The notes beneath the pieces were generated by a model that was not told where the DNA came from, made no database searches, and saw only the letters and a program-made list of their open reading frames with translations. The position numbers were made by a program, and so were the translations under genes. Positions 17,155 to 29,494 of a DNA stretch of 38,382 nucleotides are shown here, in pieces (position 1 is the first letter of the stretch; each line of letters starts with the position of its first letter). The stretch is from contig PSLL01000014.1 of the NCBI GenBank assembly GCA_040289575.1, positions 1-38,382 of the forward strand. Direction: 5' to 3'. The DNA is from Candidatus Dadabacteria bacterium. Lineage in GTDB: Bacteria; Desulfobacterota_D; UBA1144; Nemesobacterales; CSP1-2.

Positions 17155-19863
17155 CTATTCATTCCCTTCCGACTTTACTACAGCAATAGTATATTTATTG
17201 AGATTGATGTATTTCCTAGCCACTCTAATCACGTCGTTCCGAGTTATAGAGTAAATTTGATTTGGATAGCGTTTGTACTCATCCCACCCGATTCCATAAA
17301 GCTCGTCAAAAGCTATCTTTGCGGCTTGAGATGAGTTCTGCTGAAGCCCTATCTCAAAGTTTCCTACAAGATAATTCTGAGCGCGTTTAAGCTCATCTTC
17401 GGTTATTCCATCCTTTAGAATAAGGGCGAGTTGTTCTTTTATTCCCACAACCGCCTCATTCTCCTTCTCCGGGGTGCATGCTATATAGACACCGAAGAAC
17501 CCTGGTTCAAGTCCAAACGTGAGAAATGAGGTTACCGTATAGGCAAGGCTTTTCTTATCCCTGAGTTCTACAAAGAGCCTTCCTCCCTGCCCTGAGAGGA
17601 CAGCATTTAATACCTCAAACGGATACTGGTCCGGATCTCGAAGTGTTGGGGCTTGAAAACCGAGTACTATGTGGGTTTGGGCCTTCTCTTTCTGATCAAA
17701 TGTCGCCATTCTTACGCTATCCGGAGGGGGCTCGGGTTTGACATGAGGCGGAGAGAAGCCCTTTTTCTCCATCCTTCCAAAATACCTCTCTACCATGTTT
17801 AAGGCTTCGCTTTCATTTACATCTCCCACGATAGCAATAACCATGTTCTCAGGACGGGTATATTCTCTATAAACCTTGATTAAATCATCCCTACTGATTT
17901 TGGCTACGGTCTCCTTTGTTCCAAGAACATTGAGTCCATAGGGATGGCTTTGATAGAGTGTCTTTAAAAAGAGATTTATTGCAACCCTTACAAGATTATC
18001 CCCTTCACGGTTTATATCCGAAATGATATCCCTCCTTGCACGCTCTATCTCCTGCGGGGTAAAAGACGGATTTAAAACGACATCGGAGAATATATCCATC
18101 GCCTTATCAAAGTTCCTGCTCAGCGCCTCAACCGTTACCCCGAAGCTGTTCCTTCCCGAAAACCCTTTGACCTCACCCGCAATAGATTCGATTTGTTTTG
18201 CAATATCCTCAGCGCTTCTTGTCGTCGTGCCCCGTGTAAGGGTCTCAGATATAAAATTAAAAATTCCGTTATTATCACTCCTCTCAAACCTCACTCCCCC
18301 TAGGAAAGCAGCTCGGGCAGCAAATAGGGGTACAGAGTGGTTTCCCTTTATGAGAACGGTGGCGCCATTTTTAAGAACAATTCTCTTCACGTCTTTTGAC
18401 GACTCGAATGACAAAGAACTGAGTTCTTTCTCAATCGCCTTGGCTGAAGCATCGGCTATTTCAGATATTTCTCTATCGCCTATCGTCACCCTTCCCGTAG
18501 GAAGAAGAAATCCTACCGTCAGATTTGAGTTCTTAAAATACCTCCTTGCCACTCGAATTATGTCTTCCTGAGTTACCTGAGAAACCCTATTTAGATACTC
18601 GCCTTCATACCTGTAGTCCCCGGCTTCCACCTCATAGTAGCCGAGCTTTTGAGCCTGTCCCTGCATGGTCTCTTTGGCATATATAGAATCGCTCTCTATA
18701 TTGACCTTGGCCTTTGAGAGTTCTTCAAAGCCCACAGGCTCGTATTTTAGTCTGTATGTCTCCTTTATAATCTCTGATAAAGCCTCTTTCGCCTTCCCGG
18801 GATCGAGGGTTCCACCTATGTTAAAGAGACCCGGATATTTTGGCGTAAAGGAATACGAATAAATGGTATTTACAAGCCCCTTTTCCTCTTTTACACGTCT
18901 GTAGAGTCTCGAGCTATCTCCACTGCCAAGAATGTTTGAAATTACATCGAGCACAGGGGTATCTTCATTTTTTACATCTGGTATGTGAAAGGCAAGAGAA
19001 AAATATCCTTCCTGTATATTCTTATCAAATACAAACGCCCTTATTTCTTTCTGAACAGGCTCATTCAGGATAACACAACTGGGAAGCGGTTTTGATTTCA
19101 GATCGCCAAAGGTCTCTTTGATTCTTGATATAACCCTGCGTGAATCAAAATCGCCCACTACGACAAGCACCATATTATTCGGTGAATACCATTTCTTATA
19201 AAAGTTCGTTATCTTTTCCCTCGTAAAGCTCTTTACGCTCTCATCAGTTCCTATGACGGGTCTTTTATAAGGATGAACCGTATAGGCTTCGGCAAAAAGT
19301 CTTTCACTGAGATTACGCGATGGCGTATCTTCGCCGCGTCTGATCTCTTCGAGTATGACCTCGAGTTCCTTTTTTAGCTCTCCGGGGTCGAATGTAGAAT
19401 TTGCAACTGCATCTGATAGTACATCGAGTGCAGTGTCAAGAAACCTGCTTGCAATTACCACGTAGTAGACCGTCTCGTCAAAAGAAGTAAAGGCATTAAT
19501 ATCCCCGCCGTCGCCCTCAATGACCCTCGCTATCTCTCCAACGCCTCTCCTCTGGGTACCTTTAAAAAGCATGTGCTCATGAACGTGGGCAAGGCCGTAT
19601 TCGCCGGGTTCCTCGCATGCGCTTCCCACCTTAACCCAGACATTTACAGCTACCACCGGGGCAGAATGGTTCTCCTCTAAGAGCACTGTAAGACCGTTTT
19701 CAAGTTGGAATTTCATAACACCCTTATCAACACTTGACTGAGACTCACGAACATCCTCCATAGATATATCTCCGGATTTCCTCATTTCAACAGCCATTCT
19801 CTTCTCCTCTAACAAAGATGTGAGTATCATTATACCTGAGAGAAGCATATAGAAATATCGCAT
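17155..19863 (-). CDS. M16 family zinc peptidase (fused two-module form)
   Basis: HXXEH motif (AHVHEHMLFKGT), NAFTSFDET, SSRL/GGRLF motifs. The second half lacks HXXEH. Confidence 0.93.
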   Translation of the reverse strand: MRYFYMLLSGIMILTSLLEEKRMAVEMRKSGDISMEDVRESQSSVDKGVMKFQLENGLTVLLEENHSAPVVAVNVWVKVGSACEEPGEYGLAHVHEHMLFKGTQRRGVGEIARVIEGDGGDINAFTSFDETVYYVVIASRFLDTALDVLSDAVANSTFDPGELKKELEVILEEIRRGEDTPSRNLSERLFAEAYTVHPYKRPVIGTDESVKSFTREKITNFYKKWYSPNNMVLVVVGDFDSRRVISRIKETFGDLKSKPLPSCVILNEPVQKEIRAFVFDKNIQEGYFSLAFHIPDVKNEDTPVLDVISNILGSGDSSRLYRRVKEEKGLVNTIYSYSFTPKYPGLFNIGGTLDPGKAKEALSEIIKETYRLKYEPVGFEELSKAKVNIESDSIYAKETMQGQAQKLGYYEVEAGDYRYEGEYLNRVSQVTQEDIIRVARRYFKNSNLTVGFLLPTGRVTIGDREISEIADASAKAIEKELSSLSFESSKDVKRIVLKNGATVLIKGNHSVPLFAARAAFLGGVRFERSDNNGIFNFISETLTRGTTTRSAEDIAKQIESIAGEVKGFSGRNSFGVTVEALSRNFDKAMDIFSDVVLNPSFTPQEIERARRDIISDINREGDNLVRVAINLFLKTLYQSHPYGLNVLGTKETVAKISRDDLIKVYREYTRPENMVIAIVGDVNESEALNMVERYFGRMEKKGFSPPHVKPEPPPDSVRMATFDQKEKAQTHIVLGFQAPTLRDPDQYPFEVLNAVLSGQGGRLFVELRDKKSLAYTVTSFLTFGLEPGFFGVYIACTPEKENEAVVGIKEQLALILKDGITEDELKRAQNYLVGNFEIGLQQNSSQAAKIAFDELYGIGWDEYKRYPNQIYSITRNDVIRVARKYINLNKYTIAVVKSEGNE

Positions 19864-19956
19864 AAGAACCCCCTGATAATACCCTTCTAAGAAACGGATT
19901 ATGCAGATTTGAACAACATATCAATCTTTATATTCTCTTCTTTCGAATAAGAAACC

Positions 19957-19981
19957 CTAGGAACGACCCACCGAGTCGCCC
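19957..19981. repeat. Degenerate REP-like palindrome
   Basis: CTAGGAACGACCCACCGAGTCGCCC has CGAC/GTCG arms and resembles GTAGGGGCGACCC..GGGTCGCCC-type REPs. Confidence 0.35.
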
Positions 19982-20047
19982 ATGGGATTTATCTATCTAA
20001 ATTCAGGCAACAAACTAAGATAAACCGAACTACCCTAAAATATTCCT

Positions 20048-20854
20048 CTAAGGAATCTCTTTAGGGTTCATATCTTCAGAGGCCTTTGACTTTTCTTTAA
20101 ACTGCCTGACTATATAGAACACAAGCCCGGCTAAGCAATAGAGATAAACCCCTAAAAGCACCGTAATCTCCGGATTCGTGATTAGAGCCGCAATTATAAT
20201 TGCCGCGACGACGAGCAGGTTAAAGATATTCATCCGTCTAAATCCCAGGCTCTTCCAGTAGGGAACATCGCTTACCATAAGAAGTCCTACAAAAGGAGCA
20301 GCGATTAAATAAAACCACATCATCCTCTCATCGGGCGAAATCCTAAATTCAGAGAGGAGAAAGATTGGAGAGAACATGAGTCCAGCCGCAACGGGGCTTG
20401 GAAGCCCTACAAAGCCAGACCGGTTTCCAGCCTCAAACTGAACGTTAAACCTCGCGAGTCTAAGAGCCGTGCACACTACGTAGAACAAAACCACCATAAG
20501 ACCCGGCTTTCCGGAATCCATAAGACTCCAGACATAGACCAATATGCTTGGAGCAAGACCGAAAGAAACCAGATCAGAGAGTGAGTCATAAGAAAGCCCA
20601 AATCTGGTCTGGGACTTAAGGATCCTCGCTATTTTTCCATCAACTAGATCGAGAAGCCCGGCAATCCCAATAAAGGCAGCAGACAGCCAGAACTTTCTGT
20701 AAACCCATTCAGATGAGACATCCTGAACCTCGCGGAAGACCGCAATTTGAATTGAAGTTATAATTGAAAGAAGTCCAAAAGAAAGGCTAGCAGTTGTAAA
20801 AAGATTAGGCAAAACCGGCACCATCTTCTGCCGCTTTGATTTTTTCTTCTTCAT
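20048..20854 (-). CDS. pssA: CDP-diacylglycerol--serine O-phosphatidyltransferase
   Basis: LPNLFT, DLVDGKIAR..FG..YDSLSDLVSFG (CDP-alcohol motif), LRLARFN. Overlaps psd. Confidence 0.93.
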   Translation of the reverse strand: MKKKKSKRQKMVPVLPNLFTTASLSFGLLSIITSIQIAVFREVQDVSSEWVYRKFWLSAAFIGIAGLLDLVDGKIARILKSQTRFGLSYDSLSDLVSFGLAPSILVYVWSLMDSGKPGLMVVLFYVVCTALRLARFNVQFEAGNRSGFVGLPSPVAAGLMFSPIFLLSEFRISPDERMMWFYLIAAPFVGLLMVSDVPYWKSLGFRRMNIFNLLVVAAIIIAALITNPEITVLLGVYLYCLAGLVFYIVRQFKEKSKASEDMNPKEIP

Positions 20855-21507
20855 TTACCCTCTCCTTTGAGCCAACCTATTATTGTCTCGGCACCTCTTA
20901 TTTTATCTCCAACGCTTATCGAGACCTCACATCTAAGTGGTAGATAAATATCTACCCTTGAGCCGAACTTAATCATACCAAATCTTTCACCTTTTTGAAG
21001 CGAGTCGCCAATCGAGATGTAAGAAACAATCCTTCGGGCAATAAAACCCGCAACCTGAACAACCACTATTTGATCTCTATCTTCGGTCTCAATAAGTATT
21101 GCGAGCCTCTCGTTCTGGGCTGATGCACGCCTCGCATCGGCTATATGGAAGCTTCCGTGTATGTATTTGGTGCCGACTACCTTCCCCGACACAGGAAATC
21201 TGTTTATGTGACAGTCAGTAATGGATAAAAAGATACCCACTCGCTTCATCTCCCGGTTTAAAAAACTCTCTTCAACCGAATTTTCAACCTCTACTACCCT
21301 GCCGTCTGCAGGAGAAACCACAGCGTAAGGGTCTTGAGGAACGGTTCTCTCCGGGTCTCTAAAAAAATAGATGATAAAGCACGTAACTATGGCAAGGATA
21401 ATTGATAAGGTATTAAAACCAAAGAGCGCCGTAACCCATGCAAGAAGCCCACATATACCTATGTACGGAAGCCCCTCAATAGCTATCTTACTTCTCGGAT
21501 TTGTCAT
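20851..21507 (-). CDS. psd: Phosphatidylserine decarboxylase proenzyme
   Basis: Motifs FFRDPER, VSPADG, HINRFP, NER, GMIKFGSRVD (GS self-cleavage site). Confidence 0.95.
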   Translation of the reverse strand: MTNPRSKIAIEGLPYIGICGLLAWVTALFGFNTLSIILAIVTCFIIYFFRDPERTVPQDPYAVVSPADGRVVEVENSVEESFLNREMKRVGIFLSITDCHINRFPVSGKVVGTKYIHGSFHIADARRASAQNERLAILIETEDRDQIVVVQVAGFIARRIVSYISIGDSLQKGERFGMIKFGSRVDIYLPLRCEVSISVGDKIRGAETIIGWLKGEGK

Positions 21508-21531
21508 TGTAAGTATTCAGCCATGATAAAA

Positions 21532-21558
21532 TAAGGGCAGGTTTCAAACCTGCCCTTA
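21532..21558. repeat. Perfect palindrome, REP-like or terminator downstream of ilvC
   Basis: TAAGGGCAGGTTT-C-AAACCTGCCCTTA with 13-bp arms. Confidence 0.65.
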
Positions 21559-21622
21559 CAAAGTAATTTAATCACCGATCAGGATATCACAAACTCTATT
21601 TTCGGTGTAGACCCTCAGCCCA

Positions 21623-23145
<1,523 letters not shown>

Positions 23146-23189
23146 GACCAGAAGACCTCCGTTTAGGAATTAGAAAATCTAACATACAA

Positions 23190-24893
23190 CTATGTCATAT
23201 CCGCAGGCTCAAGTATCATCTCATTCATTGCTCCTCCAGGAGCGATCATCGGATACACCATCTCTTCATAGTCTACAACCACTTCAATGAGTACCACGCC
23301 CTCCGTATAAAGCCCCTCTTTCAGGGTCGCTTCAAGGCGATCGGGCCTTGTAACCCTGAGTCCTTTAGCACCAAACGACTCGGCAAGCCTTACAAAATCG
23401 GGAAGCACCTCAAAATGGGACGCCGAGTAGTTTTTATTGAAAAACAGCGTCTGCCACTGCCTCACCATTCCATGATGCTCATTGTTTATAAGAATGATCT
23501 TTAAGTCCATGTTATTCTCAACAGCTGTGGCAAGCTCCTGCATATTCATCTGAAAGCTCCCATCACCCGAGACACATATTACCATTTCATCAGGACGAGC
23601 GAACTTCGCACCAATCGCTGCAGGAAAACCGAATCCCATTGTGCCAAGCCCGCCCGATGTGATGTGTGTTCTCGGACGGTTGAATTTATAGAACTGAGCA
23701 ACCCACATCTGATGCTGACCGACATCGGTTACGATTATGGCATCCCCTCTTGTAACCCTCCAGAGTGTATCTATAAGAAACGAGGTCATTATCTTGTCCC
23801 CATTCTGCCTATATGTAAGAGGGTGCTCGCGTCCCCACTGCTCTATCCTTCCGAACCACTCCCTTCTATCCACCCTAAAATCAGGGGGAATAAGCTCAAG
23901 CATCTGCTTAAGAACCTGTTTTGCATCCCCTACAATTGGACAGTGAACGCGTATGTTCTTATCAATCGTCGAGGGGTCAATGTCTATATGAACAATCTTT
24001 GCATTTGGAGCAAACTTGGGAAAATTCCCACCTGTGGCTCTATCATCAAACCTCGCTCCGATTGAGATAATCAGGTCGCTTTCATGCACAGCCATATTTG
24101 CCTTGTATGAGCCGTGCATCCCCAGCATACTCATAAAATACGGGTCATCGGCAGGGTATGCGCCGAGTCCCATCAGTGTAAGCGCAACAGGAACCTTAAT
24201 CCTGTGAACAAATTCTATGAGTTCCGGTGTAGTCCCAGACCATATAAGACCACCGCCTCCAAAGAGCACAGGCCTCTTCGCCGAGAGAATCATCTCAACT
24301 GCGCGTTTTATCTGGCCTATATGGCCCTTAGTTGTCGGCTTATATCCTCTTAGGTTAATCTCACCCGGAATCTCAAACTCATCCTCCCCAATTAGAACAT
24401 CCTTAGGCATATCAACAAGAACAGGGCTTGGCCTTCCCGTACAGGCTATGTAGAACGCCTCTTTCATTGCGCGTGGAAGGTCTCTGGTTTTTCTTACAAG
24501 GTAGTTGTGCTTTGTGCAGGGGCGAGTTATTCCTATATGGTCTGCCTCCTGAAACGCATCGCTTCCGAGATATGGCGTCGGAACCTGTCCGGTAAAGACA
24601 ACAACAGGGGATGAGTCCATCTGAGCCGTAGTAATCCCCGTAACGGTGTTTGTTGCGGCAGGACCGGATGTAACAAGTACAACTCCGGGTTTCCCAGAAG
24701 CCCTTGCATAACCGTCTGCCATATGGGTTGCTCCCTGCTCGTGCCTTGCAAGAATGTGCTTTATGACATTCGTATACTTGGGCATAACATCGTATACCTT
24801 CAATACGTAGCCCCCTGGCAATCCAAATATTATATCTACTCCTTCATGAATTAGCGTTTCAAAAAACATTTGCGCGCCGATCATTCTTGCCAT
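23190..24893 (-). CDS. ilvB: Acetolactate synthase large subunit
   Basis: Motifs RHEQGATHMADGYAR, DVGQHQMW, SGGLGTMGFG, ThDP motif GDGSFQMN..NN..GMVRQWQ. Confidence 0.97.
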   Translation of the reverse strand: MARMIGAQMFFETLIHEGVDIIFGLPGGYVLKVYDVMPKYTNVIKHILARHEQGATHMADGYARASGKPGVVLVTSGPAATNTVTGITTAQMDSSPVVVFTGQVPTPYLGSDAFQEADHIGITRPCTKHNYLVRKTRDLPRAMKEAFYIACTGRPSPVLVDMPKDVLIGEDEFEIPGEINLRGYKPTTKGHIGQIKRAVEMILSAKRPVLFGGGGLIWSGTTPELIEFVHRIKVPVALTLMGLGAYPADDPYFMSMLGMHGSYKANMAVHESDLIISIGARFDDRATGGNFPKFAPNAKIVHIDIDPSTIDKNIRVHCPIVGDAKQVLKQMLELIPPDFRVDRREWFGRIEQWGREHPLTYRQNGDKIMTSFLIDTLWRVTRGDAIIVTDVGQHQMWVAQFYKFNRPRTHITSGGLGTMGFGFPAAIGAKFARPDEMVICVSGDGSFQMNMQELATAVENNMDLKIILINNEHHGMVRQWQTLFFNKNYSASHFEVLPDFVRLAESFGAKGLRVTRPDRLEATLKEGLYTEGVVLIEVVVDYEEMVYPMIAPGGAMNEMILEPADMT

Positions 24894-24979
24894 TTGAGTT
24901 TCCCCCGTAATTTTAGTTCACAGCCCTCTCAGCCCATGAGATGTAGGCTATGGATTACCAACTATGGACCATAGAGTTT

Positions 24980-25210
24980 TTATAGACTTTTTCTGACCCT
25001 TCTTATCTTCTCTTCCATCTTATCTTTAAGAACAAGCTTTGTCTTCTTTAATCTCTTAACCTCCAGTTCCTCATCAACGGAGAGAGAACCCTTTGTCTCT
25101 AACTCTTTTACTGCATTATCTAGCCTTCTATGTTCAGCATATAACCTTTTGAACTCCTCATCTCCTTGAAGTAATCTCTCAATTATCTCTGATTCCTTCA
25201 TTTTTATCAT
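24980..25210 (-). CDS. DUF465 (YdcH-like) small coiled-coil protein
   Basis: EFKRLYAEHRRLD..VKRLKKTKLVLKD pattern; coupled to tsaB. Confidence 0.8.
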   Translation of the reverse strand: MIKMKESEIIERLLQGDEEFKRLYAEHRRLDNAVKELETKGSLSVDEELEVKRLKKTKLVLKDKMEEKIRRVRKSL

Positions 25211-25887
25211 ACCTCTCTATAGATTTCAGCCTCTGGTTTTCTTAAATATTGAGGAGCTAAGGTTGATGGATCATCCCTCTGGCCTCCTCTTAATTTTCGG
25301 GCGCCGATAAGGGCAGAATTTGAAGCCCTAGGGAAATTAAGGGTTAGAGGACAAAAAAGCGCAATTTCTCCTAAAACGCTCATAAATAAATCCCTATAAA
25401 GCAACGCTCCGTCTCCTATGAAAACGGTTCTTTCTCGTATAATCTTACAAAGCTCCTGAGGAGAAATGAGAATATCACTCGAGGTTCTAACAATATTCCC
25501 TTCGGAGAATCTAAAAAACGCCGCAAACACCTCTTTCTTTTTCGCATCTATTATAGAACATATAGGAAAATTTGTAAAAATATTCATAGCAAGGGCCTCA
25601 AGAGAGGAAACACCGACCAGAGGAATACCCAGTGAAAAGGCAAGTCCTTTTGCAGTCGAGAGTCCAACCCTCAGTCCCGTGAATGAGCCGGGGCCAATTG
25701 ATACCGCTATTCCCTTGATCTCCTTTTTCCCTATTCCAATTTCTCCCATGAGCCAATCTATCGCGGGAATAATCCTTTCAGAGTACACAGGGCCAAGATT
25801 TAGAAAAAGCTCCCCTAAGACCCCGTTGTTGTTCATAAAAGCTATGCTTCCTGCGTGGGTTGAGGTTTCAATTCCCAGGAGTTTCAT
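25207..25887 (-). CDS. tsaB: tRNA threonylcarbamoyladenosine biosynthesis protein TsaB
   Basis: Start moved to 25887 (MKLLGIETST); GPGSFTGLRVG, IDAKKKEV, PQYLR. Confidence 0.95.
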   Translation of the reverse strand: MKLLGIETSTHAGSIAFMNNNGVLGELFLNLGPVYSERIIPAIDWLMGEIGIGKKEIKGIAVSIGPGSFTGLRVGLSTAKGLAFSLGIPLVGVSSLEALAMNIFTNFPICSIIDAKKKEVFAAFFRFSEGNIVRTSSDILISPQELCKIIRERTVFIGDGALLYRDLFMSVLGEIALFCPLTLNFPRASNSALIGARKLRGGQRDDPSTLAPQYLRKPEAEIYREV

Positions 25888-25991
25888 ATCTACTTCCAGA
25901 AGAGTATAACACGGATTGGGCAAATTATTTAGTCACAGATTAACACAAATGGGCATGAATGAAAAGAAGCTCGGTTTTTATTCCTTTGAGA

Positions 25992-27158
25992 CTAAAATCT
26001 CTGTATTTGTACATCCCCTACATTTTTTGACTTCTCTTTTCCAAGGCGATCAATCTCTGCCGCCCTTGCATCGGCTCCTGAGGTGATGCCGCTGATCCTC
26101 AGCGCGAGATCATCCTTATTTGTCGCCTGTCTCATCGCCTCGTCATAAGAGATTAACCCCTTTTTATACAGATCGAATAGACACTGGTCAAATGTCTGCA
26201 TACCATAGTATAAGTTCCCCTCTTCGATAGCGGTTCTGATCTCTTTTGTCCTTGCCGGATCCGATATGAGTTCTTTAATTCTCGCAGTGGCGATTAATAT
26301 CTCAGCGGCAGGAACCCTTCCCTTTCCATCGGCCATTGGCACCAACCTCTGAGAGATTATAGCCCTTAAAACCTGAGAGAGTTGGTACCTGATCTGATTC
26401 TGTTGATTTGGCGGGAACGCTGCAAGTATTCGGTTAATGGTCTCCTGGGCATCGAGTGTATGGAGTGTTGTAAGAACCAGATGGCCTGTTTCGGCAGCGG
26501 CTATAGCAATCTCCATAGTCTCAAGGTCCCGCATCTCACCAACTAGTATCACATCCGGATCCTCTCTTAAAGAAGCCCTAAGGGCATTTGAAAAAGAGAG
26601 AGTATCAATTCCCACCTCACGCTGGTTAATATAGCTCTTTTTATCGCTATGTAGATACTCAAGCGGGTCTTCAATTGTGATTATGTGCCTTGAGCGAGTC
26701 GAGTTTATATAATCTACAATTGCGGCAAGTGTAGTAGATTTACCGCTGCCCGTTGTTCCCGTAACGATCACCAAACCACGCTCCTCTTGAGCGATCTTCT
26801 CAAACACAGGTGGAAGGTTAAGATCGAAGAAATTCCTTATATTGTATGGAATAGCCCTTATAGCTATTGCCGGCGTTCCCCGCTGTTGAAATATATTGAC
26901 CCTGAAACGCGAAAGCCCGGAGATACTATATGCAAGGTCCATCTCATTAGATTTCTCAAACTTCTCTCTCTGACGTGCGTTCATCATAGAGAGGGCTATA
27001 TTTTTCATATCCTCGTCTGAGATCCTAGGGGCATCCTTTAAGAAAACCAGCTTTCCATCTACTCTAAAAACCGGACTGCAATTAACCTTGAGATGCACGT
27101 CTGAAGCCCCTACTCTAAGTGCTCCCTTGAGGATATCATCAATACTTATCTTAGCCAT
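25992..27158 (-). CDS. pilT: PilT/PilU-family type IV pilus retraction ATPase
   Basis: ASDVHL, Walker A GTTGSGKST, TIEDPLE, LREDPDVILVGEMRD, AETGHLV..TLH, GMQTFDQ. No canonical AIRNLIRE, so it may be a paralog. Confidence 0.9.
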   Translation of the reverse strand: MAKISIDDILKGALRVGASDVHLKVNCSPVFRVDGKLVFLKDAPRISDEDMKNIALSMMNARQREKFEKSNEMDLAYSISGLSRFRVNIFQQRGTPAIAIRAIPYNIRNFFDLNLPPVFEKIAQEERGLVIVTGTTGSGKSTTLAAIVDYINSTRSRHIITIEDPLEYLHSDKKSYINQREVGIDTLSFSNALRASLREDPDVILVGEMRDLETMEIAIAAAETGHLVLTTLHTLDAQETINRILAAFPPNQQNQIRYQLSQVLRAIISQRLVPMADGKGRVPAAEILIATARIKELISDPARTKEIRTAIEEGNLYYGMQTFDQCLFDLYKKGLISYDEAMRQATNKDDLALRISGITSGADARAAEIDRLGKEKSKNVGDVQIQRF

Positions 27159-28199
27159 CTAACTCTCCTCAGACCTTATTTCCTTTATAAGACCGCGCTT
27201 TGAGAGAATCTCCTCCCTAATCTTTCCCATAATCTCAGGATGTTCCTTCAGGAATATCCTTGTGTTCTCCCTTCCTTGCCCAAGCCTCTCACCATTATAT
27301 GAGAACCATGCCCCGCTTTTTTCTATTGTCTTTAAACTAGAACCTATATCAATCAACTCACCTTCTTGAGAGATCCCCGTACCGAAAAGAATATCAAACT
27401 CGGCTTCTTTAAAAGGAGGGGACACCTTGTTCTTTACCACCTTTACCCTAACCCTGTTTCCCGAAACCTCCTCTCCATCTTTTACAGAGCCGATTCTTCT
27501 TATATCAATTCTCACAGAGGCATAGAATTTGAGCGCCGTCCCTCCGGTTGTAGTCTCAGGGTTCATATAAGAAGGAACCCCAATCTTCATTCGCGTCTGA
27601 TTTACAAAGATCACAATGGTTTTGGATTTGCTAACGGTAGCGGTAATCTTTCTCAGGGCCTGAGACATAAGCCTTGCCTGAAGCCCAACGTGGGCATCCC
27701 CCATCTCACCCTCGATCTCTACCCTTGGAGTAAGCGCCGCGACCGAATCCAAAACTATCACATCCACCGCGCCGCTCCTCACAAGCGTATCAACAATCTC
27801 AAGCGCCTGCTCCCCAAAGTCAGGCTGTGAGATAAGGAGGTCATCCACTTTGACGCCTAGTCTCCTGGCATAATTTATATCAAGCGCATGCTCGGCATCA
27901 ATAAACGCGGCAATGCCACCCAGTTTCTGAGATTCGGCTATTGCGTGAAGGGCAAGAGTGGTTTTTCCAGAGGCCTCGGGGCCAAATATCTCCACTATTC
28001 TCCCCCTGGGAAAACCCCCAACGCCAAGGGCAATATCTAACCCTATCGAACCCGTAGGAATTACAGATACCTCAGGGATTGGAGATTCAGTGCCAAGGCG
28101 CATAATTGCGCCCTTGCCGAACTGTTTCTCTATGGAAGATACGGCAAGTTCTATCGCCTTCTCTTTATTTACCTCTTTAGAAGAACCCTCTTTTGACAT
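27159..28199 (-). CDS. recA: Recombinase A
   Basis: Motifs [47 protein letters not shown]. Confidence 0.99.
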   Translation of the reverse strand: MSKEGSSKEVNKEKAIELAVSSIEKQFGKGAIMRLGTESPIPEVSVIPTGSIGLDIALGVGGFPRGRIVEIFGPEASGKTTLALHAIAESQKLGGIAAFIDAEHALDINYARRLGVKVDDLLISQPDFGEQALEIVDTLVRSGAVDVIVLDSVAALTPRVEIEGEMGDAHVGLQARLMSQALRKITATVSKSKTIVIFVNQTRMKIGVPSYMNPETTTGGTALKFYASVRIDIRRIGSVKDGEEVSGNRVRVKVVKNKVSPPFKEAEFDILFGTGISQEGELIDIGSSLKTIEKSGAWFSYNGERLGQGRENTRIFLKEHPEIMGKIREEILSKRGLIKEIRSEES

Positions 28200-28225
28200 A
28201 TCGTTTTATACCCCTAGCCCACAAA

Positions 28226-29464
28226 TTATACACCACTTAGGATAAATTTCCTAATCCGGTCGAGGGCCGCTTCAGAGGATATGAGTTTTATCTCCTCCCT
28301 TGTGCCTCTGAACTGAAATCTTTGAGAGCTAATCCCCTTTTCATGAGAAATCCCTATGAAAACCATCCCTACGGGTTTTATCTCCGTACCGCCGCCTGGC
28401 CCTGCAATACCGGATATTGCAATGCCTATGTCCGAATGCGCGAGTTTTCTTATTCCAACAGCCATTGCCTCAACCACCTCTGAGCTTACAGCGCCTACAG
28501 ATTCAATCAATTCTCTTGGCACTCCAAGAACCTCAATCTTAGATTCATTGCTGTATGATACGACTCCCCTTTCAAAGTAGTTTGAGCTTCCGGGGACATT
28601 AGTGATTCTGTTAGCAACAAGCCCCCCGGTGCATGACTCGGCAATGGCGAGGGTCAGTTTTTTTTGAGAGAGGAGCCTTCCAACGATCTCCTCAAGCATC
28701 GCCCCATCGGTGGAAAACACACACTCGCCTAATCTCGATGCAATCTCTTCTACAACCCCCGATACCAATTTTTCAGCCTCATCCTCGGTATCCGCATATC
28801 CGGAGACCCTTATATGAACCTCAGGGAAATGGGGCCTGTATCCAATCCTCATTCCGGCCCTTTCAATATCCCGAATCCTCTCGGCAACCTCCGACTCTCT
28901 GAGACCAAATGTCTTTACTATACGTGTTTTATATTTTTTTCTCTCTGTACTTCTCTGATCTAATTCAGGAATCACATAATCTTCTATCATAGCTTTAAAC
29001 TCTTTTGGAACTCCGGGAAGAAAGAAAAATACTACCCCCCCTTTTTCAAATTGAAATCCTGGGGCAGTGCCCCAGAAGTTTTTGAGTACTTTTGACCCCT
29101 GCGGGATATAAGCCTGCTTCTTATTTATCTCAGAGAATCTGTATCCGCGCTCTCTGAACCTATTTTCTATCATATCTAGTGCAACACTGTTAAGCTCTAG
29201 TGGAACGCCGAGGAAACGAGAGGCAACCTCCGCCGTTAAATCATCGGATGTAGGACCAAGACCCCCTGAGACAATTACGGCCTGCGCCCTTCTCATGGCC
29301 GTTTTAAGTGCCTCTCTTATATCCTCTTCATCGTCTCCCACCGTTGTATGAAACCTGAGATCAAACCCAAGGCCTACGAGTTTCTCCGCCGCCCAGTGAA
29401 AGTTGGTATCAAGCGTCACGCCGCCCATTATCTCATCGCCTGTCATTATGATTTCTAATTTCAT
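28226..29464 (-). CDS. cinA: Competence/damage-inducible protein CinA (MoCF domain plus PncC)
   Basis: Motifs GDEI..DTN, GGLGPTSDDLT, GTAPG, LPGVP, AESCTGG, SGIAGPGGG. Confidence 0.95.
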   Translation of the reverse strand: MKLEIIMTGDEIMGGVTLDTNFHWAAEKLVGLGFDLRFHTTVGDDEEDIREALKTAMRRAQAVIVSGGLGPTSDDLTAEVASRFLGVPLELNSVALDMIENRFRERGYRFSEINKKQAYIPQGSKVLKNFWGTAPGFQFEKGGVVFFFLPGVPKEFKAMIEDYVIPELDQRSTERKKYKTRIVKTFGLRESEVAERIRDIERAGMRIGYRPHFPEVHIRVSGYADTEDEAEKLVSGVVEEIASRLGECVFSTDGAMLEEIVGRLLSQKKLTLAIAESCTGGLVANRITNVPGSSNYFERGVVSYSNESKIEVLGVPRELIESVGAVSSEVVEAMAVGIRKLAHSDIGIAISGIAGPGGGTEIKPVGMVFIGISHEKGISSQRFQFRGTREEIKLISSEAALDRIRKFILSGV

Positions 29465-29494
29465 CTAACCAACTCCTAATAGAGTTTTTTACAT

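Noticed and set aside
24894..24979. ilv attenuator leader peptide
   Set aside because: There is no Ile/Leu/Val-rich mini-ORF with a terminator. The gap holds only degenerate CTATGG repeats.
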